Of a stretch of 64,000 nt of DNA, positions 20,144-30,239 are shown in pieces. Origin of the DNA: Candidatus Colinaster equi. GTDB lineage: Bacteria; Bacillota; Clostridia; Lachnospirales; Lachnospiraceae. Made by a program: the position numbers and the translations under genes. Position 1 is the stretch's first letter. Each line of letters opens with the position of its first letter. Location: contig JAGHVF010000012.1 of assembly GCA_018064425.1 (NCBI GenBank), forward strand, positions 28,486 through 92,485, read 5' to 3'. The notes under the pieces are model-generated. The model saw only the letters and a program-made list of their open reading frames with translations, was not told the origin of the DNA and did not search any database.

Positions 20144-20407
20144 CTATGCTTCAACAATGAGATATCGGCCGTCACCCACGGCAAACACTTCATCTGCCGC
20201 CAAGATAGACTCTTCATCGGCGCCTTCGGTATCAATATCTTCTTCAACAAAATACTGTAATACATCTTTGGGCGAATTCACTACAACCGCATAACATTCC
20301 TCTAAGAACTCCTTAGCTTCAGCTCTTGTCATAGCGACCTGTTTCGGAAACAGCTTTAACTGATTCTTAAAGAATGCATTAACTACCATATCATCCAATT
20401 CATTCAT
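20144..20407 (-). CDS. Small acidic conserved hypothetical protein
   Basis: 87 aa, 20 D/E versus 7 K/R, ends EVFAVGDGRYLIVEA. ATG abuts the maf stop. Confidence 0.75.
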   Translation of the reverse strand: MNELDDMVVNAFFKNQLKLFPKQVAMTRAEAKEFLEECYAVVVNSPKDVLQYFVEEDIDTEGADEESILAADEVFAVGDGRYLIVEA

Positions 20408-20995
20408 CTATATCAACTCCAATTTCTTCATTTCCTGGTACAATCTGCCCACCGGCAAACCTACCACATTATTATAATCACCTTCAATGCCGTCAACAAA
20501 TCTTGCAAAATAACCCTGAATACCATATCCGCCGGCTTTATCCATTGATTCGCCTGTTGCAATATAATCATCAATCTCATCATCCGAGATTGCATGCAGT
20601 TTTACTTTTGTACATTCATAGAATGTAATCATATGCGTTGAATCATTCTCACACCACATAATTGTGACGCCTGTATATACATAATGCTTAGAGCCTTGTA
20701 TCTTCTTTAGCATTTCCTTACACTGGTGTTCATTCATTGGCTTACCAAGTATCTCATCCTCAAACCATACAATGGTATCCGCACCAATAACTACCGCATC
20801 CCTGTTGCCGTGATTATATACATCTTTCGCCTTCTGATATGATAATTCCTTTACCACTTCTTCAGGCATAAATCTTGTTGTAATTTCCGGTCCTTTGCTG
20901 GCACATATTTCAAAAGTAAGGCCTATCTGTTCGAGCAAATCACGCCTTCTTGTTGATGCCGATGCAAGAACAATTTTCTTCTTTGTATCAGTCAT
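20408..20995 (-). CDS. maf: Maf family nucleotide pyrophosphatase
   Basis: VLASASTRR, IGADTIV, LGKP, DKAGGYGIQG, NVVGLP. Confidence 0.93.
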   Translation of the reverse strand: MTDTKKKIVLASASTRRRDLLEQIGLTFEICASKGPEITTRFMPEEVVKELSYQKAKDVYNHGNRDAVVIGADTIVWFEDEILGKPMNEHQCKEMLKKIQGSKHYVYTGVTIMWCENDSTHMITFYECTKVKLHAISDDEIDDYIATGESMDKAGGYGIQGYFARFVDGIEGDYNNVVGLPVGRLYQEMKKLELI

Positions 20996-21029
20996 TTTCT
21001 CTCCAACTTTCTACTATATTACCCAATAT

Positions 21030-23159
21030 TTATTCCGGAATAAAACGTCTTGTCTGCATAACATCGTTCTTATCCGTTCCTTCAATAGCTTTACTTGCCA
21101 CACTGAAAGCTTCTTCACAGAAAATCTGTTGTGAAGATATAGATTTTCTTGCTCGCGACATTTTCTTATATGTGCCGTCACTTTGCAAATTGTGTGCTTT
21201 CTTTGTGTCATTCAATTCTGTCATAAGAATTGATTTTAAACGCTCTTTCAGATTGTCCTGTTCAACAGGGAACAATATCTCCACACGTCTTTCAAGATTA
21301 CGTGGCATCCAATCGGCACTACCGCAATAATACTCAGGTTTCTTATTATTTTCAAAATAGAATATACGACTATGTTCCAAGAAATTGCCTACTATAGACC
21401 TCACCGTAATATTCTCACTTACTCCCGGAATGCCGACACGTAAACAACAAATTCCTCTGACAATCAATTCAATCTTTACGCCTGCACTCGATGCTTCATA
21501 CAGTGCTTCAATTACATCCGGATCACAAAGCGAATTCATCTTGGCAATAATGTGCGCTTGATGTCCTGCAAGAGCATTATCTCTTTCTCTGCCGATAAGA
21601 TATATAAATCTGTCCTTAAGCCAAAGTGGTGCAAGACTTAATTTATTCCAGCCGGCCGGCTCGGAATATCCCGAAAGCATATTAAATACCGCCGTTGCAT
21701 CCTCACCTATTGCCTCTTTACAGGTAAACAATCCGACATCAGTATATCTCTTGGCTGTTGAATCGTTATAATTACCGGTACCAAGATGAACATATCTTCT
21801 GATACCGTCCTCTTCTTTACGCACTACCAAAGTAATCTTACTATGTGTTTTGAGACCCACCAAACCATATATTACATGACAACCGGCTTGCTCAAGTTTC
21901 CTAGCCCATACGATATTGTTCTCTTCATCGAATCTTGCCTTCAATTCAACAAGTACCGTAACCTGTTTACCGTTCTCGGCCGCTTCCGCAAGAGCCGCAA
22001 CAATAGGCGAATTACCGCTGACTCTGTATAATGTCTGTTTAATTGCCAAAACATCAGGGTCTGTGCTGGCTGTTTTAACGAAACCAACCACCGGTTCAAA
22101 TGATTCATATGGATGATGCATCAATATATCTTCTTTTCGAATTGCCTCAAAAATATCTGTACAATCGATTAGTGCCGGAACAGGCTGCGGCGTGTACTCC
22201 TTTTCCTTCAGCTCATCATAACCTTTTATATCATACATCTTCATAAGGAACGTCAGATCAAGAGGTCCGGCTATTGAATATCTCTCTTCTCTTTTTACCT
22301 TAAGTTCGGATTTGAGAATATTTACAAGCCTGCTGTCTGCGCCTTCATTTATCTCCAGACGAATAGCTTCGCCCCATTGTCTTTTCTTAACCTGTTTCTC
22401 AATCTCTTTGAGCAAATCTGCCGCTTCTTCTTCATCAATCGCAAGATCGGCATTACGCATAACTCTAAATTCGCACATTGAAAGAATATCATAATTCAGA
22501 AACAGCTTATCTATATTACGTTCAATAATCTTCTCGAGCAAAATGTATGCCTTGCCCTCAGTACCTTCATTAGGAATCTCAACAATACGAGGTAAAACAC
22601 TCGGTACCTGAACGGTTGCAAATTCATAATCTTGTGTTGCATCTTCCTTTTTTCTGACAATAGCACCGATATTGAGTGACTTATTTCTGATAAGCGGGAA
22701 AGGACGCGAACTGTCTACCGCCATAGGAGTCAATACCGGATACACATAATCTTCAAAAAAACGATCTGCAAAAACTGCCTGTTTTTTCGTCAATCTGCTG
22801 TCATCTTTATATATATCAATTCCTTTTTCGCGTAATTGTTCTACAAGCGTATCATAAACATCATATTGCTCTTTCACCAGATCATGCGTCGCAACATTAA
22901 GCAACTTAAGCTGCTGTCTCGGATTATAACCGGCAATATCGGGTTTCTTATATCCCGCGTTGTCCATATCCTTAAGCGATGCCACTCTAATCATAAAAAA
23001 TTCGTCCAGATTAGATGCCGTAATACTTAAAAACTTAATTCTTTCAAGCAACGGTATGGTCTTATCATTGGCTTCCGACAGCACACGCTTATCAAACAAA
23101 ATCCAACTCAATTCTCTGTTGTAATAATATTCAGGATTACTAAAGTCTGCTTTTCCCAA
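21030..23159 (-). CDS. ppk1: Polyphosphate kinase 1
   Basis: NRELSW, SNLDEFFMIRVA, HHPYESF, ELKARFDEENN, LKTHSK, GSADWMPRNL. TTG start with RBS GGGAGG. Confidence 0.97.
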   Translation of the reverse strand: MGKADFSNPEYYYNRELSWILFDKRVLSEANDKTIPLLERIKFLSITASNLDEFFMIRVASLKDMDNAGYKKPDIAGYNPRQQLKLLNVATHDLVKEQYDVYDTLVEQLREKGIDIYKDDSRLTKKQAVFADRFFEDYVYPVLTPMAVDSSRPFPLIRNKSLNIGAIVRKKEDATQDYEFATVQVPSVLPRIVEIPNEGTEGKAYILLEKIIERNIDKLFLNYDILSMCEFRVMRNADLAIDEEEAADLLKEIEKQVKKRQWGEAIRLEINEGADSRLVNILKSELKVKREERYSIAGPLDLTFLMKMYDIKGYDELKEKEYTPQPVPALIDCTDIFEAIRKEDILMHHPYESFEPVVGFVKTASTDPDVLAIKQTLYRVSGNSPIVAALAEAAENGKQVTVLVELKARFDEENNIVWARKLEQAGCHVIYGLVGLKTHSKITLVVRKEEDGIRRYVHLGTGNYNDSTAKRYTDVGLFTCKEAIGEDATAVFNMLSGYSEPAGWNKLSLAPLWLKDRFIYLIGRERDNALAGHQAHIIAKMNSLCDPDVIEALYEASSAGVKIELIVRGICCLRVGIPGVSENITVRSIVGNFLEHSRIFYFENNKKPEYYCGSADWMPRNLERRVEILFPVEQDNLKERLKSILMTELNDTKKAHNLQSDGTYKKMSRARKSISSQQIFCEEAFSVASKAIEGTDKNDVMQTRRFIPE

Positions 23160-23185
23160 ATTGGACCTCCCATATATGCAAAATA

Positions 23186-24727
23186 CTACAACTTGTTAAT
23201 ATGCTTTATCTGAGGTCTGACACAGAATACCTCTTCGAAGAAATCCGCACGCATCTCAAACATTCCTCTCTCATAGGTTATGTCTTTGTTTGTGCGAACA
23301 GTTATTGTTAAAACATCATCCTTCAACGTAGCCTTAATGCAGCCGAATTTTTGCTTCTGACTCTTATCCAAACCATTGGCAACACGTAATATGGCAGTAA
23401 GCTTGGCTATCTTCATATATGCTTCTTCGCCAAGATGTTCAACTCCCGATACTGTTGCGTCATAATCAAAAAATCTATGATTAAACTTTACTACATTAGC
23501 CACTATCTCGCGTTCGGCATGAGACAATCCTATTATCTCGGTAGACATTATTATGTCATAACTGCAGGTTGCAAGATTGTACAAACTTATATATTTTCCA
23601 CAATCATGCAGGATTGTTGATATTCTAAGCAACAATCTGTCTCTTTCCGTTAAGCCATGTCTTTTCTTCATCGCATCGAATATAGTCATACATATACTTT
23701 CAAGAGTCTGGCTTCTCTTATCATCACTCATATATCTTTTACCGATATTACGAGCACATGCGACTATATCTTCTTCAAAATCATGCGGACTGACAAGAAG
23801 CTTTTTGCTCTCACCATACTCGTATGCTATACCTTCGCAAAGCGAAACTCCCGGGCACCATATTGTCTTTGCACCCGTTAATGCAATCACGGATCTGATT
23901 ATCTGTGCTGATACAAAAACAAGTGAAATATTTTCAAGTGCAACACTGTATTTTCTTGAAAACTCAACGGCATTCATTACCTTCAACCGTTCAAAGAATG
24001 CCTCAAATCTCTCGGCATTAATAAATCCCGGCGTATCCGAATCCATCGTTCTTTTTAGGGTAATCGGTGAAATATAATCATCAACAATGATAAGATTCTC
24101 TATCTTTCTGTTCTTAAGATACAACTTATCAAATACTGATAACTGCGCACCAATCATCTCATCAAGCAGTGCTCCGTGACGACTCGGCTTGGCTGCCAGA
24201 TTATTGAGTCTCTCTCTGAGTCTTAATACTCCGAGTTTCATGTTCTGCGTGACATCAAGCTTGTCATTGTCAAACAGTGATATCTGTATACTGCCTCCAC
24301 CGATATCTATAATAGCTGTGCCCTTGCCGATTGTCTTATCAAAGTCATCACCCTTGGATGCAACGGATTTGTAATCCAGAAATCTTTGTTCCGAATTGCT
24401 GATTACGTCGATTCTTATTCCCGTTCTTTGCTCAATCTGATCAATCAAAATGTGCGTATTCTTTGTCTCTCTTATTGCACTGGTACCGTATGCACGGTAT
24501 TCGGTCACATGATATGACTTCATTATCTTTGCAAATTCACCAATAATTCTGCACAATTCATCAACCTTCTCAATAGACACCTTGCCCGTTGAAAAAGTAT
24601 CTGTACCCAAATCCAGTCGATATCTTACCGCATCAACTTCGCGCATACCGTTTGGTCCGAATTCAACAATTTTGAGATTAAGTTCGTATGACCCTACATC
24701 TATGGCCGCAAATAATTTAGTCGCCAT
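23186..24727 (-). CDS. ppx: Ppx/GppA family exopolyphosphatase with HD domain
   Basis: AAIDVGS, TSAIRE, DIGGGS, LHDCGK. Adjacent to ppk1. Start moved to ATG 24727. Confidence 0.88.
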   Translation of the reverse strand: MATKLFAAIDVGSYELNLKIVEFGPNGMREVDAVRYRLDLGTDTFSTGKVSIEKVDELCRIIGEFAKIMKSYHVTEYRAYGTSAIRETKNTHILIDQIEQRTGIRIDVISNSEQRFLDYKSVASKGDDFDKTIGKGTAIIDIGGGSIQISLFDNDKLDVTQNMKLGVLRLRERLNNLAAKPSRHGALLDEMIGAQLSVFDKLYLKNRKIENLIIVDDYISPITLKRTMDSDTPGFINAERFEAFFERLKVMNAVEFSRKYSVALENISLVFVSAQIIRSVIALTGAKTIWCPGVSLCEGIAYEYGESKKLLVSPHDFEEDIVACARNIGKRYMSDDKRSQTLESICMTIFDAMKKRHGLTERDRLLLRISTILHDCGKYISLYNLATCSYDIIMSTEIIGLSHAEREIVANVVKFNHRFFDYDATVSGVEHLGEEAYMKIAKLTAILRVANGLDKSQKQKFGCIKATLKDDVLTITVRTNKDITYERGMFEMRADFFEEVFCVRPQIKHINKL

Positions 24728-24748
24728 ATAACTCCTCACATCGACATT

Positions 24749-26035
24749 CTATTCTTTACCTAACAAATAATCGATAAACTGTTGAGCACTTCGACCCGAC
24801 AATCCGCCATGGGATACTTCCCATTTGTTAGCCTCGGCCAAAAGCTCATCTTCACTCATTGTAATATTGTTACGCTTCGCCAATACCTTAACAATATTTT
24901 GATATTCCTTCTTCTCGGGTGATGAAAAATATATCTTGCATCCGAATCTTGCTGACAATGACAATTTCTCCTGCAGAGTATCGGATTCATGTACCGAATC
25001 CTCTCTGTCTGAGAATTTCTCATTAACAAGATGGCGTCTGTTGGTAGTGGCATATATCAATACATTCTTTGGTTTCTTCTCAATACCGCCTTCAATAACC
25101 GCTTTAAGATATTTGTATTCAACCTCAAATTCTTCAAAGCTCAAATCATCCATATATATGATAAATCTGTAATTACGATTCTTTATCTGGGCAATCACAT
25201 CGTTGAGATCTTTGAATTGATGCTTATATACTTCGATTACGCGCAATCCCTGCTCATAGTATTCATTGGCAATAGCCTTTATACTTGATGATTTACCTGT
25301 TCCGGCATCTCCGAACAATAGGCAGTTATTGGCCTTTTTCCCTTTTAAGAATGCTTCTGTATTCTCTCTTAATTTCTGTTTGGCAAGCTCATATCCTACC
25401 AAATCGTCCAATTTTACATGTGTAATATTCAGAATCGGTACAATAATTGTATTGCCTTTTTCATCATGTGCTATTCTGAATGCTTTATGGAGTCCGAATC
25501 TTCCCACACCATAATCCTTATAGAAAAGTGTAAGTGTATCCTTCATCTCCTGCGGGGTATTATTATTGCGGAAAGCCATTGCAAGATCACAAATTCTTTT
25601 TCTGATTCTGTCGTTATAGACTTTACTTTCCTCTGTGGATGCAACGTAATTCTCAATAAGTTCAAAACCGTTTAGCTGTAATGTCTCTATCATCGGTGTA
25701 AAATCATAATCATAGAATTCTTTCATAATTACAATGTCATGTAGCACCGCATCATTAATTGTTCCGTTAATTGCGCCTGTAATCTCGGTTGAACGACTGT
25801 AGCAATTCTCATTGTTGACCAATAGATTGGTCAAATAGCAGTGCCACAAATTACCCGAAAAACCATGATTACCTGCCATCTCAAGCATCTTATGAATGCA
25901 CTCATAAGCAAGTGCCTGCATATCTTCAATATTGTAGTACTCATCATCGTAATGAGACATAAGGAACGACATATCCTTAAGCAATCCGTCATCATCACAA
26001 TCTTTGTATACTATAAGTTCTTTTTCTCTCATCAC
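24749..26035 (-). CDS. DUF815-family AAA+ ATPase
   Basis: LVGYE, GDAGTGKSS, YMDDLSFE, YATTNRRHL, EKLSLSARFG, SGRSAQQF. Confidence 0.88.
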   Translation of the reverse strand: MMREKELIVYKDCDDDGLLKDMSFLMSHYDDEYYNIEDMQALAYECIHKMLEMAGNHGFSGNLWHCYLTNLLVNNENCYSRSTEITGAINGTINDAVLHDIVIMKEFYDYDFTPMIETLQLNGFELIENYVASTEESKVYNDRIRKRICDLAMAFRNNNTPQEMKDTLTLFYKDYGVGRFGLHKAFRIAHDEKGNTIIVPILNITHVKLDDLVGYELAKQKLRENTEAFLKGKKANNCLLFGDAGTGKSSSIKAIANEYYEQGLRVIEVYKHQFKDLNDVIAQIKNRNYRFIIYMDDLSFEEFEVEYKYLKAVIEGGIEKKPKNVLIYATTNRRHLVNEKFSDREDSVHESDTLQEKLSLSARFGCKIYFSSPEKKEYQNIVKVLAKRNNITMSEDELLAEANKWEVSHGGLSGRSAQQFIDYLLGKE

Positions 26036-26325
26036 ATTTCGTCCTGTCCGTTTTCTATTTGAGATGCAATACTGGTCTGCAGATATCTGCTTTGAGCCAT
26101 AATCTCAATGTATATTCTCTCCATATACTCTCTGTACGGTACATGATGAGTCAGTTCTTTGATGGAATTAATCTTTTCCCACTCTCTTTTTGCATCCAAT
26201 ACTTCTTCACCGCTTTGGGCTTTTTCAATACCGATCTGCTCACATATTGCCATTCTTCGTTCAAGCAATTCGACAATCTGAGCATCTATCTCATCTATCC
26301 CGGCTCTATAAACTGATTTGGCCAT
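26032..26325 (-). CDS. Chorismate mutase type II (AroQ)
   Basis: R-x-GIDEIDAQIVELLERR...IG-x-x-K...D-x-x-RE...S-R-x-x-Q. Confidence 0.85.
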   Translation of the reverse strand: MAKSVYRAGIDEIDAQIVELLERRMAICEQIGIEKAQSGEEVLDAKREWEKINSIKELTHHVPYREYMERIYIEIMAQSRYLQTSIASQIENGQDEM

Positions 26326-26361
26326 ATAAACCTCCTAAAAAAGCACATGTTTAATATTTTT

Positions 26362-26409
26362 ATTTTATCGCAGAATAGTCTTGATAGCAAGCCATTAAGA
26401 CGATATAAT
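26362..26409. promoter_or_regulatory. Overlapping divergent sigma-A promoters
   Basis: Minus: TTGCTA (26390-26385)-17-TAAAAT (26367-26362). Plus: TTGATA (26381-26386)-17-TATAAT (26404-26409). Confidence 0.7.
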
Positions 26410-26560
26410 CAACATGTGAAATGCATATATTGTATGGTTTGCGAGCCTAACATACACCATATGGTATGTGATTCGTTTTGCACGCATTTCGTATTGAATA
26501 TCAATATCGATATAACACATATATACCGTATTCGAATACCAAAATGTTGGGGAGAACATA

Positions 26561-27574
26561 ATGAATAAAAAAAGTATAATAACCTTAAGTATTATCGTTT
26601 TCATATTGGCATTACTCATCTTCTTTTCTGTATATTCAAGCAAAATGCCGCTTAATGATAACGGTGTCATTGGCAATACCGCCTGCAATCTCAATAACAA
26701 TGGCTTATTCTGCGAAAAAGACGGTATAGTATATTTTTCCAATCCATATGATAACGGTGCTCTATATTCTATGGATGTCAACGAAGGCAATGTCAAAAAG
26801 ATATTGAATGTCGGAGTGAAATCAATAAATGCCGACAGCAGAAGAATCTACTATTCAATGAGCGGGGCTTCGGGCGGCAAAGGTCTGGGATTTGTAAGAC
26901 GCGCAAAAGGACTGTACAGTATTAAAAAGAACGGTTCTGACTCAATATGCTACACCCAGGATGCAGTCGGTATCGCATCTCTTTCCGGCAGCAACCTGTA
27001 TTATCAGCATTATCGCAACAATTCCGGCACAGACCTTGATAAAATAAGAATCGATAAAAAGGATAATAAAACTGTGGTTGCAAATATGGTATCCCCTGCC
27101 GGACTTAATTACGGTACGCTATACTACGCAGGTGCATCCGAAGATATGTACTTGTATGCGCTTGACACCGCAACAGATATGAGCACCTGCTTATATGAAC
27201 GTCAAATGTACAATCCCGTATATATTGGCGGCGACATATATTATATTGATCTTGAAAGCAATTACATCTTACACCGTTATAATCTTTCAAGCGGCGAAGA
27301 CATTGCTCTCACAAACGAACGTGTCGAAATGTTTAACGTATGTAATAATGAAATATATTACCAAAGCAATTCTTCTAAACCCGATGCTGCATTAAAACGT
27401 ATTTCAATAGACGGTGGCGAACCGGAGATTATCGCGGAAGGTGTTTTCTGCGACATAAATGCAACATCAACTTATGTATATTTTCACAAATACGATGAAG
27501 ATGTCCCCATATATCACCAGATGTTGTACGGAGATATCAACGTCGGCACTTTTGATCCCGGTGTAATTGACTAG
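26561..27574 (+). CDS. DUF5050-like beta-propeller protein with N-terminal membrane anchor
   Basis: N-terminal TM, GNTACNLNNNG motif, repeated IYY/LY-x-x-D blades. Confidence 0.8.
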   Translation: MNKKSIITLSIIVFILALLIFFSVYSSKMPLNDNGVIGNTACNLNNNGLFCEKDGIVYFSNPYDNGALYSMDVNEGNVKKILNVGVKSINADSRRIYYSMSGASGGKGLGFVRRAKGLYSIKKNGSDSICYTQDAVGIASLSGSNLYYQHYRNNSGTDLDKIRIDKKDNKTVVANMVSPAGLNYGTLYYAGASEDMYLYALDTATDMSTCLYERQMYNPVYIGGDIYYIDLESNYILHRYNLSSGEDIALTNERVEMFNVCNNEIYYQSNSSKPDAALKRISIDGGEPEIIAEGVFCDINATSTYVYFHKYDEDVPIYHQMLYGDINVGTFDPGVID

Positions 27575-27580
27575 TCGAAC

Positions 27581-27594
27581 TGACACATGTGTCA
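27581..27594. repeat. Dispersed palindrome, copy 3
   Basis: TGACACATGTGTCA (perfect palindrome) in a 39-nt intergenic gap, before the RBS. Confidence 0.8.
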
Positions 27595-27613
27595 TTTCAA
27601 GTGAGGTTAATCT

Positions 27614-28906
27614 ATGAAAATCAAAGTTACTAAAATGGAATACTCAAAAGTGTGTGCACTCACACCTCCATCACATCACAGACCGATTAAACAATCGGTA
27701 GCAATGAGAAAGCTCATTCACACTCTAAGCAAAAAGGATTTAAAAAAGGTCGGTTTTACACATACAGAATCCGGTATTGATTCACTCAATTCCGATGAAC
27801 CCGTTCTGTATCTTATGAATCATTCAAGCTTTATAGATCTTGAAATTGCAAGTGCGCTGATATATCCCAAGCCTTACCATATCGTCTGTACTTCTGACGG
27901 ATTTGTCGGGAAAGATGGGCTTATGCGTCGCATAGGTTGTATCCCTACCAACAAATTTGTCACCGATGTTGTTCTTGTCAGGGACATCGCACATGCTCTT
28001 CACAATCTAAAAAGTTCGGTACTTATGTATCCGGAAGCAAGCTACAGTTTTGATGGAACAACAACACCATTGCCGGATACAATAGGTAAATGCATCAAAG
28101 TAATGAACGTTCCGGTAGTAATGATATCCACCAAAGGTGCTTTCCACAGAGATCCGTTATATAACTGTCTGCAGGTTCGTGATGTAAAAATATCGGCACA
28201 TATGGAGCTTATAATTCCAAAAGAAGATATTGCATATATGACTGCTGATGATATACAAAAGATTATCGAAAAGAATTTTACCTATGACCATTTCAAATGG
28301 CAGAAAGAAAACAACATCAAAATATCAGAATCATTTAGAGCTGACGGACTCAATCGTATTCTATACAAATGTCCGCAATGTTTGCATGAGGGCAAGATGA
28401 AAGGCATGGGCACAACTCTCACATGCGGCAATTGCGGGGTTGAGTACACATTAAACGAATATGGATACTTGGAATGCAAGGATTCTCTTGTTCCTACCAC
28501 GCACTCACACAAATTTGATTTCAGCCATATTCCGGATTGGTATGCCTGGGAACGATATGAAGTCAGGAAAGAGCTTGAAGCCGGCACATATTCCCTTGAT
28601 ATTCCGGTTAAAATATGTATGATGGTAAACACCGATTCCATATACGAAGTCGGAACAGGTAGATTATCACATGATACCAACGGATTCCATCTTACCGGTT
28701 GCGACGGCGAACTTGATTATGTTCAATCCCCTACAGCATCATACAGTCTTTATTCGGATTACTATTGGTATGAGATTGGCGATGTTATCTGTATCGGCAA
28801 CATGGGTGTGCTTTACTATTGTTTCCCTATGGATTCGGGTGATGTTGTTGCCAAAACGCGTCTTGCAACAGAAGAACTGTATAAGCTTCTCAAAGCACAC
28901 GCATAA
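27614..28906 (+). CDS. PlsC-like lysophospholipid acyltransferase with C-terminal Cys-rich extension
   Basis: NHSSFID (HxxxxD), YPEA, CPQC...CGNC zinc ribbon. Confidence 0.85.
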   Translation: MKIKVTKMEYSKVCALTPPSHHRPIKQSVAMRKLIHTLSKKDLKKVGFTHTESGIDSLNSDEPVLYLMNHSSFIDLEIASALIYPKPYHIVCTSDGFVGKDGLMRRIGCIPTNKFVTDVVLVRDIAHALHNLKSSVLMYPEASYSFDGTTTPLPDTIGKCIKVMNVPVVMISTKGAFHRDPLYNCLQVRDVKISAHMELIIPKEDIAYMTADDIQKIIEKNFTYDHFKWQKENNIKISESFRADGLNRILYKCPQCLHEGKMKGMGTTLTCGNCGVEYTLNEYGYLECKDSLVPTTHSHKFDFSHIPDWYAWERYEVRKELEAGTYSLDIPVKICMMVNTDSIYEVGTGRLSHDTNGFHLTGCDGELDYVQSPTASYSLYSDYYWYEIGDVICIGNMGVLYYCFPMDSGDVVAKTRLATEELYKLLKAHA

Positions 28907-28919
28907 TTTTTGAATTGTA

Positions 28920-30239
28920 TTATGTCAAAAAATCTATACATCCGCCTTCACTATATGACAGTCGTGTCATATATAGGCTCTTCATTAATTTCCACAAATA
29001 GTATGTATCTTTCATACCACATGTCTCGTAACTTGAATGCATTGCCAACTGCGGTGCCCCTATATCTGCACATTTTACCGAGACATGTCCTGCCGAAATA
29101 TTGCCCAGTGTGCTTCCGCCGACCTTATCGGAACGATTGGCAAAAAACTGTATCGGAACATCTGCATATGATGCAAGCTGACGAACTATTGCCATGCTCA
29201 TCGCATCAGATGTATATTTCTGACCTGCGTGCGATTTTATTACCACACCTTCATTCATATATACCCGATTACTCTCATCAGTATATTCCGGATGTGCGGG
29301 ATGTACCGCATGAGCATTATCGGCACTAAGCATAAAGCTGTCAGACAACGCGCGCAAATATGTCTCGTTTGTGCCTCCAAGCGATTGATTAATACGCATC
29401 AACGTATCTTGCAAAAATGTAGAATCCGCTCCCTGTTTTGTAGTGGAGCCCACTTCTTCGTTATCAAAACATGCCATTACATTAATTGCAGACGATGCAT
29501 TTGTATCTGTAAGTGCCTTAAGAGCTGCAAATGTACACTGCAAATCATCCAACCTTGCCGATGAAACAAATTCAAAATTTGCTCCCCACACAGACGGTGC
29601 TACTCTTGCATATAAAAATAGGTCCGAACCGACTATATCCGTAACATCACACGATAATTCATCTGCAATAAGTTTGTTTATTCCGCCCGTACATTTATCC
29701 CCTGACAGAAGCGGCAGTAAATCAACCTGTTTATTATACGAAAAGCCATCATTAATCTCACGATTCATATGTACCGCTGCATTGGGAATAAGTAAAAGAT
29801 CTCTGTCCAAATTAACCAGCTTAGTACAAAGTCTGTTATTAGTATCTTTGACAATTACTCTTCCCGCTACAGACAACGGTCTGTCAAGCCAGGTTGAGCA
29901 AATCATTCCGCCATAACCTTCAACATTAAGTCTGGAATATTTCTCACCACAATATACAGCAGCATTCTCTTTTAATTTGAATGTCGGAGAATCCAAATGA
30001 GTTGCGACAATATTATAAGAATAGTCTTTAGCACTATTTCCTGTATGAAAAGCAATAACACTTGAACCGTTCCTTGTTACATAATACTTCCCGTCACATT
30101 CTATATTCCACTCCTGCCCTTCCTCCAAACGTACATATCCGTTTGAAGTCAAAGTATCGCATATTGAATTAACCGCATGAAAAGGAGTAACACTCGCTCC
30201 TACAAAATCAAGCATTTCTTCGGTAATCTGCTCAAACAT
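28920..30239 (-). CDS. apeB: M18 family (aspartyl) aminopeptidase
   Basis: TPFHA, THLDSP, WLDRPLS, RLDDL, DNEEVGS, SADNAHAVHP, GSTLG, LAMHS. Start moved to ATG 30239. Confidence 0.9.
   Translation of the reverse strand: MFEQITEEMLDFVGASVTPFHAVNSICDTLTSNGYVRLEEGQEWNIECDGKYYVTRNGSSVIAFHTGNSAKDYSYNIVATHLDSPTFKLKENAAVYCGEKYSRLNVEGYGGMICSTWLDRPLSVAGRVIVKDTNNRLCTKLVNLDRDLLLIPNAAVHMNREINDGFSYNKQVDLLPLLSGDKCTGGINKLIADELSCDVTDIVGSDLFLYARVAPSVWGANFEFVSSARLDDLQCTFAALKALTDTNASSAINVMACFDNEEVGSTTKQGADSTFLQDTLMRINQSLGGTNETYLRALSDSFMLSADNAHAVHPAHPEYTDESNRVYMNEGVVIKSHAGQKYTSDAMSMAIVRQLASYADVPIQFFANRSDKVGGSTLGNISAGHVSVKCADIGAPQLAMHSSYETCGMKDTYYLWKLMKSLYMTRLSYSEGGCIDFLT
28956..28969. repeat. Dispersed palindrome, copy 4
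   Basis: TATATGACAGTCGTGTCATATA in the variable 3' tail of the M18 gene. Confidence 0.7.
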
